DNA of 52,583 nucleotides, the filler included, from Streblomastix strix (lineage: Eukaryota), in NCBI GenBank assembly GCA_008636045.1. It is 3 parts of 3 records of this genome, joined end to end, with 100 filler letters (N's around TTAATTAATTAA, not from the genome) between each part and the next. Parts side by side here need not be neighbours in the genome. Positions count along the whole stretch, not along the records: positions 1 to 17,467 come from SNRW01000703.1; positions 17,568 to 35,028 come from SNRW01000704.1; 1 more part is not named here. One strand, written 5' to 3'. Below, one piece after another: positions 12,814 through 26,681 of this stretch (position 1 is its first letter; each line of letters starts with the position of its first letter). The notes beneath the pieces are model-generated. The model ran no database searches. It was given only the letters and a program-made list of their open reading frames with translations, and was not told where the DNA came from. Position numbers and translations under genes: made by a program.

Positions 12814-15800
12814 ATGCAATCAACAAATATTGAGAGTGAATCCCTGAAAATTGCTGAATAATATGATGAAATTGCAAGAGAGAAATTAAAAGTACCTCTA
12901 TTATTTCAATTGCTGAACGAATGTAGAAATGAAATTTTTGTATGTTAAAAAGAAAATGAAATATTAAAATTTAATGTTAAGGAATTAAAGAAAGAAAAGT
13001 TTGAATTAGCTGAGACTATTAACTAAAATGTACTTTTAATTGAAAATTATTGTAATATCATTTAAAATTCAGAAAATAATTATTAATAAGTAATGAATGA
13101 ATAAATTTAAGAAATCATATTAAAGTCTGAAGAATAGCAGAAGGAAAACAAAACAATATAAATTGGATTGATATAAGAAAAAGATTTGCATATTACTATA
13201 TCATAATAAGCGCTTGATTCATGTGAATCATTAACAAAATCTCTAAATGATTTAGAAAATTAAAATAAAGAATTGTAAATACAAAATGAAATTTTAAGGA
13301 GATAAAATGAAATGAAGGATTCAATTATAAAATAAGATTTAGAAAAGGTATATGAAGATAGAATTAATAATCTCGTTCAATAAAATGAAGAATTTAGAAA
13401 AAAGATTAATGAGTATGAATAGAATTTAATTTAATATAAGTTGAAGGCTAATCCAAATTCAACATTAGATCTATTCAATCGTTTAACAGCAAGTGAAGCA
13501 CAAACAATTCAGCTAATTCATGAAAAGTAAAAATTAGAAATAATGTTATAATCTACAATTGAATCTCTGAATAAAGCGGAAGAATAGCTTCGATTTCACG
13601 AAGATCAGCGTATATAGATGAATGAACTACAAAATAAATTCTCAGATAAAGAGATGGAACTTGCAGCAGCAAACAATGCCGAGAGAATTGCAAAGATTGA
13701 ATGTAATGAAGCAAAAGAATAATTCACTGCATTATTCAATGAAATTAATCAATTTGATGGATTTCCTAATAGAAATGATAATATAGAGGTATAGGAAAAT
13801 AAAAGAAATACAAATATTTAATCTTTTACTTATGATGATGAAGAACAAACGACAAATTAAGTCATTGAATAATAATAAAATCAGGAAAATGAATAATCTG
13901 GTATTTAAGATATAATAAGAAGAAAAAGAGGAAGTTAAGAAGCAGGTATTTCTATATAATTATAAAGAAAGAAAATAAGAAGAATTTAATCTAATTCGGA
14001 TGATGAAGATGAAGATATTAACACCGAAACACTTTATTAATAATAGAAAAATCAAATATCTGATTAAAATATGAAAAGTGATGACATCCCTTAATATCCA
14101 TTACATTCTACACATGAACTTTATTCTGCATATATTCATGTTCGTGCTCAACTTATATAATAATATGAAGCTAAACGTAATGATGATTCTACCAAAATAA
14201 TTAATACATATACGTAGCTTTTTGAAGAAAGAATGAAATTAGCTGTGAATGATTTATAGTATTAAGTTGAATAATGGAAATAAATTGCATAAGCAAGGAA
14301 AGATCTTCAATTGGAGAAAGTAACATCTTAATAAGATGTACCTGATTCTGTAGAAATAAATTTATAATCCAATTTAAATTAATCAGATTCAACAGATGAA
14401 CCAAATTAAGAATTAATCTTTTCAGCTCCATTATTAAACATTCCTTCAACTCACCATATAACATGTAATTCATTATTTCCTGATTAATTGAGTGATTAAT
14501 TGAATAATTCATCTAAGTCTTGTATTGATTAAGAGTAACTTAATTAAACTATATTATTGAATAATGCATAAATAAAAGAAGGAAATTATGAATTTAATAT
14601 TAATAGCCAATAAACTTTATCAGATAATAATCACAAAGAAGAAATTAGTTTTAAGACAACACAAAATGAGTTGGAATCATTAAAGATATTAGTCAATAAT
14701 TTGAAATTTGCTTTAAACTAAGCCAAAATTGATAGAAACTATAACTTACAATAAATAAGAGCTGCCAGAGAGATCAGTGCAAGATTAGAAGAATAATTGG
14801 ACTAAAGAAACAATTTACTTTCTGCAACACTAAATGATTTGTAAACTCAACGCAGAAAAGTTGAGATTTGTGAAACATAAGCTTCAGACTAGATTCGGAA
14901 GAGAGATGTATTATAAGAAGAGTTGTAAAGACTTCAATGAATAATCGACATCTTAATTAAAACAAAGAATAATAATGAGGAGTTAAATATAAATACTTAG
15001 AAGCCAGAATATGAAATGAAGTAAAAGAATTTAAGAGAAGGTGAAAATATAGAAAATGTATTATAATCTGCATTAGTGTATAAAGAGCTTGCTCGAACGG
15101 AAAAGAAACTTGCAAACACTCAAGATGAATTAATATAAGTGAAGAAGAAATTGGAAGAATCTGAAACGATTGTTGAACAGTTAAAATATGAATCAAATTT
15201 AGAGATTTAAAAACTGTAAAATGAACATGAAAGAAAGGATTAATCTAATGAATAATTAATTTAATAGATGAATGATAGTTTATAATAAAAAATTTATGAT
15301 CTACAACGAACCATATAATCATTAAATGAAGATAGAATTATTGCTGAATCAAAAACTTTGAAAGAAATTACAGATTTATAAAATAATTTCTAAGAAGAAA
15401 AAGATAAAATACATTCCAAGCATTAACAAGAATATGAATAATTAGTTACAAAATTTAATTCCGAACATTAATTACTTATCCATCAATAAGAATAAACTGA
15501 TATTTTTCAAATGAAGTTGAATTCTCAAAGAATAACAATTGATTAATAAATGGAAGAAATTGTTTAAAAGTAGAAAGAATCTAACTAAAGTTAAGAATAA
15601 GTTAAAATACTCCAAACTTAACTATCAACTGTTAATTAGAAATAATATTTGGAAAATCCTGAAGAAATGCACAACAAAAAAGAAGAATAAAATGCCATTA
15701 TTAAAATTGAAAAAGAAAATATTGAAAATGAAAATAATTTGAAATAAGAAATAAAACGCCTAAATACTGAAATTACTATTTTGAAAAATGAAATTAAATA

Positions 15801-16425
15801 ATTGCGAATATCTTCATCAAAACAAGAATCTGACCAAACTTCTATTCCACCACAAACTGCTGTTTCAATTCTTCGTGCATAGCTTTAATCTGCAGAAGCT
15901 AAATACTAATTGCTTACTTAAGAGAATAAATAATTAAAAGAAGAAGCAAAATAAAAGAAAGCTAAGAAATAACAAAAACATAAATAAGAATAAGAGATAT
16001 AAGACACATCAATTAAATCAAGTGTTAGAAATGGACCTACTCAAACACCTTCTACTCGAACATAATCTCCAATTTATTCATTTTCTGCTTATTCCAAACA
16101 TTAAATTGCAGTTAATCCAACATTTCTTTATTCCAATCTTATTAACACACCCAAACTACAATCAAACAGCAACTCTGTTCCTCTTTAAACTCCTTTTGTA
16201 GAATAATCTTCTCTCTCCTCTAATTTAGATTAATCTGTCATTCTTGAATCCAATCATTAATTGAGAAATGAAAAACAGACTCTTGAGAATTTATTGAAAT
16301 AATAGAAAAGTGAAAATATTTCTCTTATTGAAAATATCAGAGAATTAAAAGATAAGTTAAATAAGAGTTCAGATGGCAATTCAAATCCAGAGACAAGTGA
16401 AATAAAACTTTAAAATAAAAATTGA
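12814..16425 (+). CDS. Long coiled-coil protein (~1,200 aa) with one internal in-frame TGA at 14938-14940
   Basis: One frame from ATG12814 (MQSTNIESESLKIAEQYDEIAREKLKVPLLF) to TGA16423-16425, E/K/Q/L heptad-rich on both sides of the internal TGA. Confidence 0.8.
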
Positions 16426-16518
16426 GCTTTGAACGTCATGATCTATCATACTACTAAGAGGGAAAACAATTTGATTAATAAAATATTATTGAAATACAAA
16501 TATTTAAATGTTTATTTT

Positions 16519-17467
16519 TCATTTAAGTTCATTGAGCAAAAAATTTATACGACTTTAAAGGCCAGAAAGTGCTTTTGAATCATATTCAAGTATAACTAAG
16601 TTACTTTATATCCAATCTGAGCGTTTTTCATCAGTTGAGTCTTACTAACCAACTTCTCCATTACAGACCTCTTCTGATATAGATGCAACCAGCGAAGCCA
16701 AAATTTAAGAACGTTTTACGCCATTCTCAGCTAATTATTTAGAATAATGTAAAGTTTTAATTATCCCTAATTATTACTTCTTGACAATAATTTCTTGAAG
16801 ACTTTCACTAAGAGAAATAATCACGGTTTATATTTGCTGAGTTCTGTTTGCTTCTTCGTCTATTAAAATTATTTCCTTATCAAATGTTTTATTTGCTTCC
16901 TCTGGTGACATTCCATCGTCAATGAATATTTATTCTTAAATAAATTTGTCAAAATCTAGATTATTCTCAAGATATTATTTGAAGATTGATTCAATATCAA
17001 ATGATCCTTTTTATTCATTTAATTCACGGTTCGCTCTTAGAATGAAACCCTATATGCATTTAATGGAGTTATTAAGTTGTTATATTTCAGGGTCAACTTA
17101 AGATCCATAATTCACCTATAATGCATTATCTGCAATTTAATATAGGTCCAAAAGATTATTTTCCAATCTGTTGAAAGCAAAAGTTATCAAGATAAAAAAT
17201 GAAATGTGATTAAATATTATATACCGAGAAAACATTGACCTGTTGAAATAAAACATATAGATATAAATAAATAAATTGGGTTTAAAGAATTTAATATAGT
17301 TTTGAGAATTCAATCATTCTAGAGAAAAGAAATTAAATAATGATATGAGTAATTATTACAGATGTTTCTTTTGATATTAATACCAATTGAAACTAGTAAT
17401 TCAATGATAAATATATTAAGCAATGCAATTTTATAGGGTTGGTGTTTAAATTGTAAAAATGTTCATT
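16519..17467 (-). CDS. Hypothetical helical protein, 5' end truncated or uncertain at contig edge
   Basis: Main exon ~17167-16519 reads LENNLLDLYQIADNAL...RSDWIQSNLVILEYDSKALSGLQSRINFLLNELK-TGA; upstream exons are separated by T-rich GT-AG introns. Confidence 0.65.
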
Positions 17468-17567
17468 NNNNNNNNNNNNNNNNNNNNNNNNNNNNNNNNN
17501 NNNNNNNNNNNTTAATTAATTAANNNNNNNNNNNNNNNNNNNNNNNNNNNNNNNNNNNNNNNNNNNN
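17468..17567. other. Artificial contig spacer (100 nt of N with TTAATTAATTAA at 17512-17523)
   Basis: N run with a palindromic six-frame standard-code stop linker; identical design at 35029-35128. Confidence 0.97.
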
Positions 17568-18153
17568 ATGGCTATATCAGTAACTTAATTAATAAGAAAT
17601 TGCGTATAAAATTGTTAATTACAGATTTGATTTAAGTCCATTATCAGAATTCCCAGACAAATTAATATCTTCTTTCTTAATTAATTCATCGTTTGTTAAT
17701 TCATCTTATTCTTCATTATTTCTAACATCTTAATTTCTAATGATTTTTTTGTTCTGTAAATTTTCATCAGCAATATGAATTATTTCCGTTTCATTATTCA
17801 TTGGTGTATTATTAATATTACTAATTTATTATTAGTCATCATTTCCTTCTGAATCATATTCATATTCATATTCATATGAACTATCATTTTCTGTTTCAGT
17901 TTCGCTTTCATCAACAATATACTAATCTCTTTTATTGTATTTAATATCTCTATCAATATTCAAATCAACATGTTCAACTTCAATTAGTGGTTAATCTAAA
18001 TCTTAGATAATGCAGCCCCATCTGTTGTAATAATAGTTTAAGTAAGAAGAAGATATTAATTTGTCTGGGAATTCTGATAATGGACTTAAATCAAATCTGT
18101 AATTAACAATTTTATACGCAATTTCTTATTAATTAAGTTACTGATATAGCCAT
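17568..18153. repeat. Perfect 107-bp inverted duplication at contig start (17568-17674 vs 18047-18153), probable fold-back chimera
   Basis: 17568-17674 is the exact reverse complement of part of the Dicer PAZ-coding region; it abuts the contig end and truncates the gene. Confidence 0.85.
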
Positions 18154-21100
18154 TATGATGATTAAAACAATAATTAGGTATTAAATTATGATTATTATGA
18201 TGAATCAAAGAATGGAGATGATTATGATTATTATGAATCTGAAGGTGGAGGATAAAATATAATTGATTTTTATACCTCTTTCAAGTCTTCAGTATTTTAT
18301 TATTATTAATCTGTATCATTTTTCAATTATTTTCTTTTCTTACTTATTTATATTTAAAAATCTTTTATTCTTTTTAATGTTTATTTATCTTTTTATTATA
18401 ATGATTATTTGTAAAGTGGAAACACATATGTACCAATTGGAGGAAGATCATAATATTTATGTACTAATTGTTATTCTTAATTTTAATTTTACTTTAAATC
18501 TAATAAATTTATTATTTATTATTATTATTTACTTTATACCTTATTATGCAATTGAGAATGCATATAATTTAGAATTTATTAGTAGTTCTAATGATCGAAA
18601 TATTATGGGCAAAATAATTAATGAAGAAGAGGCCAATCAACAGCAATTAAATTATTTTATTATTATTGATATTAATTTATAATTTAATTGTTATTAATAT
18701 TATCCATATTATTATTATTCTATTATATGTTTAAACAATTGTCTTCCTCAATTTCTGGAGGAGGAAGGAAAATAATTGATGATTTGGAAGACTAAGAAGA
18801 TTAAGAAGATATAGAAGGTGTAATAGAATAAGAATTAATTGAGGATGAAGAAGATTATTACGATAATAAAGATGAAGAAGATGATTATTATGATAATAAA
18901 GATGAAGAATATTATTACGATAATAAAGATGAAGAAGATGATTATGACAATGAAGAAGAATTATGAGTATATGGTGATGATTGTAAAACAGATGAAATTG
19001 GAGAAGGAGATTAATTTATATATTATTAAGGAGATAACAATGCATTAGGAGAACTATTATCTAAATTATTACTATTATTATTTTAACTATTGTTCCCAAC
19101 ATTATTAGAATTATTATTAATATTACTTATGAATAAATCATCATCAGTATGAGTAGTTAAAATGGGAACTAATAAATAACACATTGAATCAGGAATTAAA
19201 GTATTAATGTTAAGGAATTAATTTCCATCGTTCATATCTTCTTTTCTTTCATAATTATTATAGTCTTCTTCCCTTCCAAAATTATTCCATTCAATGTTTT
19301 ATTCTTTCTATATTTCATAAAACACATCTTTATCAACATATTATTCACAGTTAGAATCAAACTGCTATAAAAATGAAGAATATATATGATTAATAATATA
19401 TTCACCTTTTACTGATTTATTTATTGACTCATTTTATTTTTCATTCTTGGCATCTATATTATTTTATAATTAATTTTATTATTATTTACTTGCACTATTA
19501 TAAATATATTTGGAAATAGAATTTTGATCAAATAACATCGAATGAAATAAAAGTAAAAATTAGAACTACTATCTATTTATATAAAACGGTATGTTAGCTT
19601 AATTCTGCTGATATTACAAACCTATTTGTTATTAAAATAATTATTATTGCAATTATAATTACTAAATTTAAGAAGAATATTAAAATAAAATATCAAATTA
19701 GGATTAGATTTTGTTATTGTTGTTATGATTAATATTATATTAAAATTATTATTATTCATTCTAATTATTTAGTGGTGTAACTTATTAAACGTAAACTTAA
19801 CATTGAAGAATGTATTTTATATTTTTATATTTATCATATATATGCTTAATTTTATCTTATCTATGTTTGATAGATCTTTAATTATATCTTTTATTATAAT
19901 TTTCTTTTCCTCCATCTTTTGTGTATTTATTGTTAATATGAATTTTTTCTCCCTGTTATTAATTATTAATTATTTAATTATTTCTTTATTCTTTCTTATT
20001 CTACTTCTCATTATTCAACTTTAATTAATTATTAACTTTCATATTTATTTTCATCTATATTTGTTTTTTCTCTTATTTCTTTTTTAATTTTTCTTCTTTT
20101 CTTTTCATTTTCTGTTTATAATAATGTTTAATTCTTAATCTGTTTAAACATTGAGTGAGTTTTTTATTCTTATTCCAATTAAAGTCATTTATATATTAAT
20201 AAGAAATTGATACATTAAATGGGATAATTTGTAGATGAAGAGGAAGAGGGGAATGAGTAATGATTGCAAAAGGATAAATAATATCTTATTCTTTTTCTTA
20301 TTTGTCTTATTATTGATCTCCTAATAACTATTACTCTAATTGTTATTATTCATTTAAACAATATTCATTTTCATCTTCTTCTTCTTATTATTAATCTATT
20401 TATTTATCACCATCATCAATATTATCTTCATCATCATTAATATATTCTTCTTCTTCCGTATCTTCATCTTATTCATCTTATTCAACTTCTAATCCATCAT
20501 CTTAATCATAGTAATGTTATTCTTTCCCTTTATGTCGATTCTTTGTATGTCTTCTTTCAGTTCTTTTTCCAACTAATAATGTTGACAGAATATTGAAATG
20601 TGATTATTATTGTTGTTATTGTTTCTATTATTCAGTCAATTATTTGTCTTCTTCTTTTTCTTCCTTATTGTCATTCAATAATATTAATGAAGATTACTAA
20701 ATATTATTACTATTCTCTTTTTCAATGTTTTTCTTGTTATTCATTAGCGTAATTTTATAAGGTTTAATAATGAATACTGATAAATATAAAGGAATAAGAT
20801 CGTTATTATAATACTATATGATTTAATCATATTCGTTTTATTAATTTCTCTTTATATTATCTTATTAACTTTTATTTAAATCTAAATTACTTTCCAATTC
20901 TTATTTTTATTCATTGTTCTTCTTAACAATAATTATTTATTCTTATTCAATATTTTATTATTTCTCCGTATTTTTTAACAATTCATTTTCTATTAACTCT
21001 TCTTACATTTATTTATTTACAGTTATTTTATTTTATGTTTATTCATCTTTAATTTATTAATATAAATCAATTTTCTATTTAAATAGCAAAGAAGGAAACC

Positions 21101-24100
21101 ATAATAATCTTCCTCTTCTTAATGATAAACACAATGGGACATGAGATTAAACAGGAACTGCTTCAACTTCATCATTTTCATACAATTGAATTAATTATTA
21201 TCTTTTCTATATTAATGTTTATATTGTTACTTGTTATTAATCAATAATCTGAATTTACTAATTTCCTAGATTTGTTTCTTTATTATCCTTCTCCTTATCA
21301 TTTTTATTGTTTTCTTCTTTATTTTTAATTTACTGTCTAAATTTATATTAATTATTATGCAATCTTCCGATTCCAAATATTAAATTAGAAAAAGAAATAT
21401 TTGGAAGAAACTAAAACAATTTGCGAGAAATTAGATTATTGTACCACTAATATTACTGTAAATCTGTACATTTACACTTATTTATTATTCCTATTTGTTA
21501 TTCTCCTTATTCAATTTAATGTAACTGTTGCTTTTATATTCCTTGTTATAATTATTCGTTTTTCTTTGGTATAAAAATCGATTCATATTAAATAAATTAA
21601 TTTTATTTATTTTATTTTTGTACAACTTCATTTTTCAAAGAAATATTATTTGAATGAATTTATTATATCATACTTCTTATTGTGATATCTGCATATTTAT
21701 ATACATATTAAATATCAATATTATTCTTTCCATTGATTTATTCTTTATTACCTTCATTCTTATTTTTCACCTTCATTATTTATTTTTGTACATCTTCATC
21801 TTCATCATTTAATATATTTCCAATATATTCACCACTATCATTCAGAAATGTTGGCTTTAATTCTTCATTTAATATTCCTTTTTCATAAAAATCCTTTATT
21901 ACGCTCATGCATACTTTACGTTATGCTTCTTTTTTTGATCAAAATTACAACGATTAATATTAAATTTATAATTATTGCTCTCCGAATTATTATTGTTAAT
22001 TGAATATATTAACGAAATGAACTGGAAGTAATAATTTAGCTGTATATAATGATTATAATGAAGATTAATATTGAGGTCGAGATAATCTTGATAATGATGA
22101 AGATAACAATGATGAAAATTATGAATTATATTTATATGATTTTGAGTATGAAATTATAGCAGTAATTACTTAATTATATTTGTGGGGAACAGATGAGCAT
22201 AATTTATTAACAAAATTTCGAGCGCTTGTTTCATCAATAAATGCACCTGTTGGAGTTCGAATTACTTTATCTTCATCAATGTCAAGATCATTATCCAAAT
22301 CTATTTCATCTTCATCATCTTCATCATCCTCATCATCTTCATTTTAATCTTCATTATCTTCTTTCTAAACATTTTAATTTTTCTCTTTTTCTTTCTCTAT
22401 TATTATTTCTCTATTTAATTTCTTAATGTTTTTATTATTAAACTTTCTAACATGATTTTATGCAAATCTCAATATTTCATCCTCGCAGAACCTATTCTTA
22501 TCTAATTACTTATTCATATAATTGTATTCATCTCCATCTTCACACAAATGCCCATAAATTGCTTATCTTCTTCTTGCTCTTCCTCTTGATTATAAATATT
22601 GAGGAAGATTTTCAAATGAATCAAATCTAACAACAATATTGCAAGGTTGGAAATCAAGGCCTTCTTCAGCAACATTTGTTGCAAAAAGAAGATTAGCTCT
22701 GTTTGTTCTGAACTCTCGAACTACTTTCTTTTATGCATTAATCAACATTGAAGGTCTTAAATACTATGAAAAATCTTATCCTTGCTAATTAAATTATGAA
22801 TTATTTTACTTATTTAACATATTTTATTATTATTATTACTATTACTATTACTATTATTATGAAAATGATGTTAATGTAGAAGATAAAGATGATGATTATA
22901 TTTATGTAGAAATATTATTATTAGTATTTATTTTCAATGTTTACTGCATTGTGTGACCGACCAATACTCTAAAAAGGGTTTTAAAGAGGAAGAAAAATTA
23001 TATAAACGGAAGTTATATATTGGAGATCAAATATTAAAAATGAAAAAATCAAACCTAGAATTAAACATTGTACGAAGAGGAAGACTTAATGTGAAAAGTT
23101 TATGAAGAAGAAATGCATCCATTCTTCTTTTACATAATACAAGAGCCTTAAATTCATTTCTAAATTGTTTGGTTAAATAAATAATAAAATAAAATATATG
23201 AAATTTAGAAAAGGCAAGGTTAGAAAAAAAAATAAAAAAAATTTGTTATTAATTACCCAAGTTAAAGTCTCTTTGCAACAAGAAAAGCAATAAAAGAACG
23301 AAGTTTATTTGAAAAGCTTTGAGTTTTAACAATTAATTAGGAAGGTAAAGAAGTAAAAGATGATGAAGATTAAATTAATTAAATATTTCTCTTCATAATT
23401 AATTTCTCCTTATTTTCTGCAATATTCTTCTTTTCAATTAACATTAGCATATCCTTCCTTGATAATGGCATCCTGAAGTGAAAAAGAAGCAATTTAAATA
23501 AACAAATTAATTCCAATTCTTTATCTTTTATCTTCTCAGAAACCCATTCATTCTACAAAAATTAACATCTGTCTAAAATAGCATATATAAGAAATTCACT
23601 TTATTCACCAATATCAACTTGGTACCCAGTTTATAAATTTGTTGGAAGTATGAAATTCTAATTAATTTTATCATCAAAGATGCATTTCAACACATCAAGA
23701 ACAATCTTATAACAAGGATTAATAATTTTACCACTTTTAATTTCTTCTATGCTATTATTCTCATTTCCAAATTCTAAATATATAGATTTTCCAAATAATT
23801 TCTACATCATTGAATATATTGGAAATTCATCAGCTAATCATTGCAATGATGGACCAAGATCCGACATTTATGTACAAACATATATTATTCCCCAAGGTCC
23901 ATATATATCTATCAATTGAAAGGGTGCCAAAATTTTTATAAAAAATATAGAACAGAAATTTAAATAAAAACAATTAAATTATTTAATTCTTATAATCTTT
24001 CCTATCATACTATAAATAGATTTAATGCTATTCAAAACAGATAGAACACGATTAAATTTCATCAATTTTTAATCACGAAAATCTAATAAATTTACAACAT

Positions 24101-25090
24101 CAATTAGAAGAGAATGAATTAATCTATATCTTTAAGCAAATTCTTCAACAGAATTTAAATCATCTGGTTAATAATTCTTTAAATTAAGATTGAAATTTAA
24201 ATTAGTAAAATGTGAGTATGCATTTTTAGAATTTCTAATGAGTTGTGCAATTTATTCATCTTTCTCCAATTTGTGTTACTTATTCTTATTCGCAAAAAAT
24301 TATTAATCTCTAAAAATAATAATTAATTCTTCAGGCTTTGGAGAATATATTCAAAGGAGTTTTACATTCTTAGTTGGAGTTATAAGTTACGAATCAAATA
24401 AATCTTCAATGAATTTTATCTGGTTTTTCTGCTTTCCTGCTTACATACATGGAGATGCAGTCAGACCAAGAATTCGAGGTTTGTTTGAGAATATCTATGT
24501 TTATACTCCACCATGATAGAAGGTCTTCATAATACGTGCATACTTATTGTAGAATATATGTAAAGTTAGTAATAAAATTAATAAATAATGACATTGAATT
24601 AAAGTAAAAACAATACTATATCATCCTTCTGGCAATGATGGCACTCATCAAAGACAATAAGAGATATGCTATCTAATGTTAAATATATATGACTGACTAC
24701 ATGAAGAAATACTTCACTTACAAATATCAATATATCTCTTTCTTCTATTTCAGTCTTCCAGTGTTGTGCATCCCACTCATTGATAGAATCATCTCCATAA
24801 TAAACTCCACTTTTGTATGGAAGAGTAGCACTAATGACTTCAAATTGTTAAAGTGCAATTAAAACCTGTGGAGCAAGAAAAACTACCTTTTTTCTAATCT
24901 TTTAGTCGGAATTTTCAATAATATGCTTAATTACATAAACAGCTACAAGAGTTTTACCTGATCCTGTCTATAAAAAACAAATTGAATTGTTCTTTGTAGC
25001 AATTTCCACCATTTCAGTCTGGTATGATCTCAGCGAAACATTTCTTTGTTTTGTTTTCTCAAACTCTGTAGCTTCTTTAATTGGTATCAT
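17675..25090 (-). CDS. DCR: Dicer-like protein: DExD/H helicase + DUF283 dimerisation domain + platform/PAZ; 3'-truncated (RNase III domains not in window); two in-frame TGA
   Basis: LRSYQTEM, FLQTGSGKT, LIVFDECHH, PRILGLTASP, YGPWG, ATNVAEEGLD, YLQSRGRAR; DUF283 TGAFIDETSARNFVNKLCSSVP...YTAKLLLP...SKKEAQRKVCMSVIKDFYEKGILNEELKP; YLLVP, VDW; PAZ YKIVNYRFDLSPLSEFPD...YLNYYYNRWGCIIQDLDQPLIEVEH. About four AT-rich introns between 22970 and 24620. Confidence 0.92.
18844..18946. repeat. Short tandem repeat (27-30 bp unit, ~3.5 copies) inside Dicer, encoding SSSLLSQQ repeats
   Basis: gatgaagaa(gat)gattattaygataataaa repeated on the + strand. Confidence 0.8.
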
Positions 25091-25468
25091 TTAAATAATG
25101 GTGTCTATAAATAGCAAATATAGAGAAAAAATATAAATCATAGAAATAACAATCTATTAAGAAGGAAAATGTAATTTAACAAAAAATATTTTAATTTTTC
25201 CGTCTCTAGCCTTGCATGGTTTTAAATAACCAAAAATTTATTAATATATATGTATGCCATTAAATATATTTGTTAAAGCCAAAAATAGTTATTGAAAGAT
25301 ATCCACGGCATTATATTCTTGCTTTTTTGTAGAAAAAAAAATTGACTTGTCATCAAAGCTCGCAATAATTTAAAAATATTTATTTTTGTAATAAAAATAT
25401 TTATTAATTGCTTTTAAAGGTTACTGATAGCTTTTCTAGAAAGCAATGAGGGAAAACAAAATTATTAC

Positions 25469-26023
25469 TCAAGTTTTTTTCAACAATGGATGCCGAGCAA
25501 AATATCGTTCGCGAGCCCTTGTTATTGCCTCATCATCATTTCTACGAATATTTACTCTTTCAGAAAATGCATTCTCTCTTTATAAACGTCTGTTCTCGCG
25601 TTCCTCCATGCTGAATTCTCCAAATACTTTAAGAGTTGGGTGTGAATCAGTTGGTTACTATTATTAAGTAATCTTCGCTTTTTTTTGAGTAATTTCATTA
25701 TGTTAATTGTTATTATCTTCATCCTCATCTTAATCATCAGTAGATGAAATTGTATTAAAAAATTTCACTGATTTCTTTAACTCTTCCACTTCTTATTCTT
25801 CTTTCTTAGCTTTCTCTATAAGATCCTCTTCTCTCAGCTTTTCTCTTATCTTTGCATCTCTTATCATATTATTCAAAAAGACTGGCTGATAATAATAATA
25901 ATAAATTATATTGATATGAGAATAAATTAATCTTACCTGGTCGCCTTTTATGGTGTTTATAGGAGCTTTTGGTTTTGCTCTCGTTTCTGATCTTCTATAC
26001 ACGCTGCCAGGAAATTAAATCAT
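25469..26023 (-). CDS. NSRP1: NSRP1/CCDC55-like nuclear speckle splicing regulator (start may lie further upstream)
   Basis: QPVFLNNMIRDAKIREKLREEDLIEKAKKEEQE resembles the DUF2040 helix; C-terminal RRNDEAITRARERYFARH resembles the conserved CCDC55 end. One GTAAG...CAG intron; ends TGA. Confidence 0.65.
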
Positions 26024-26681
26024 ATCTTAAGTTCCACTTTAATACTACAGTTGTATAGAATGCTATTTTTATTCTCAGATAGTTTATAAAAATATGAAAA
26101 AAAATAATAGTTCAGAGAGAAACAATAAAATAAGAGTAAATAAAAGAAAACTAAATTTTAATAGAGAATAACTCATTTATTTCTCATTGACTGATAAAAA
26201 ATAATATATTTTCAATTAAAATGCAATATATGTTAATTAAATATTAGAGATAATTAGTCAGTAATTGAGAGAAACGTGGGAAACTATTTTCTCTTCGAAA
26301 AATGTATGAATATTGAAATTACAATAAAAATTATATCTTTCAACATAAGTATTAGTTATTAATGTTATTATTTACTGATTAATAATCAGAGGTCGGAGAT
26401 ATTTAAAAAAAATTAATATCCCAGCAGCCGCTTAATGATTGTATTTATAAATATGTTAAGTGATGTACTATTATAACTTAAAACATATTTTTTTTAAATT
26501 CATGTTTATTGTAACTGAAACAATGAAAAAATATCTAAATAAGAAAATTATGAAAATTGAGCTTACTCCGATTAACCAAGTGAAATAATTTTATTATTTA
26601 AGAAAATTCATTTAAATAGCACGGAACTTGACTATTTAATATATTTTATTATTCATTATTTTCTTAATTCATTCAGAACTC

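Noticed and set aside
17310..17312. A further possible recoded TGA (ND*ILKT) in the truncated minus-strand gene
   Set aside because: The exon structure and frame at this contig edge are ambiguous; an alternative frame without TGA exists.
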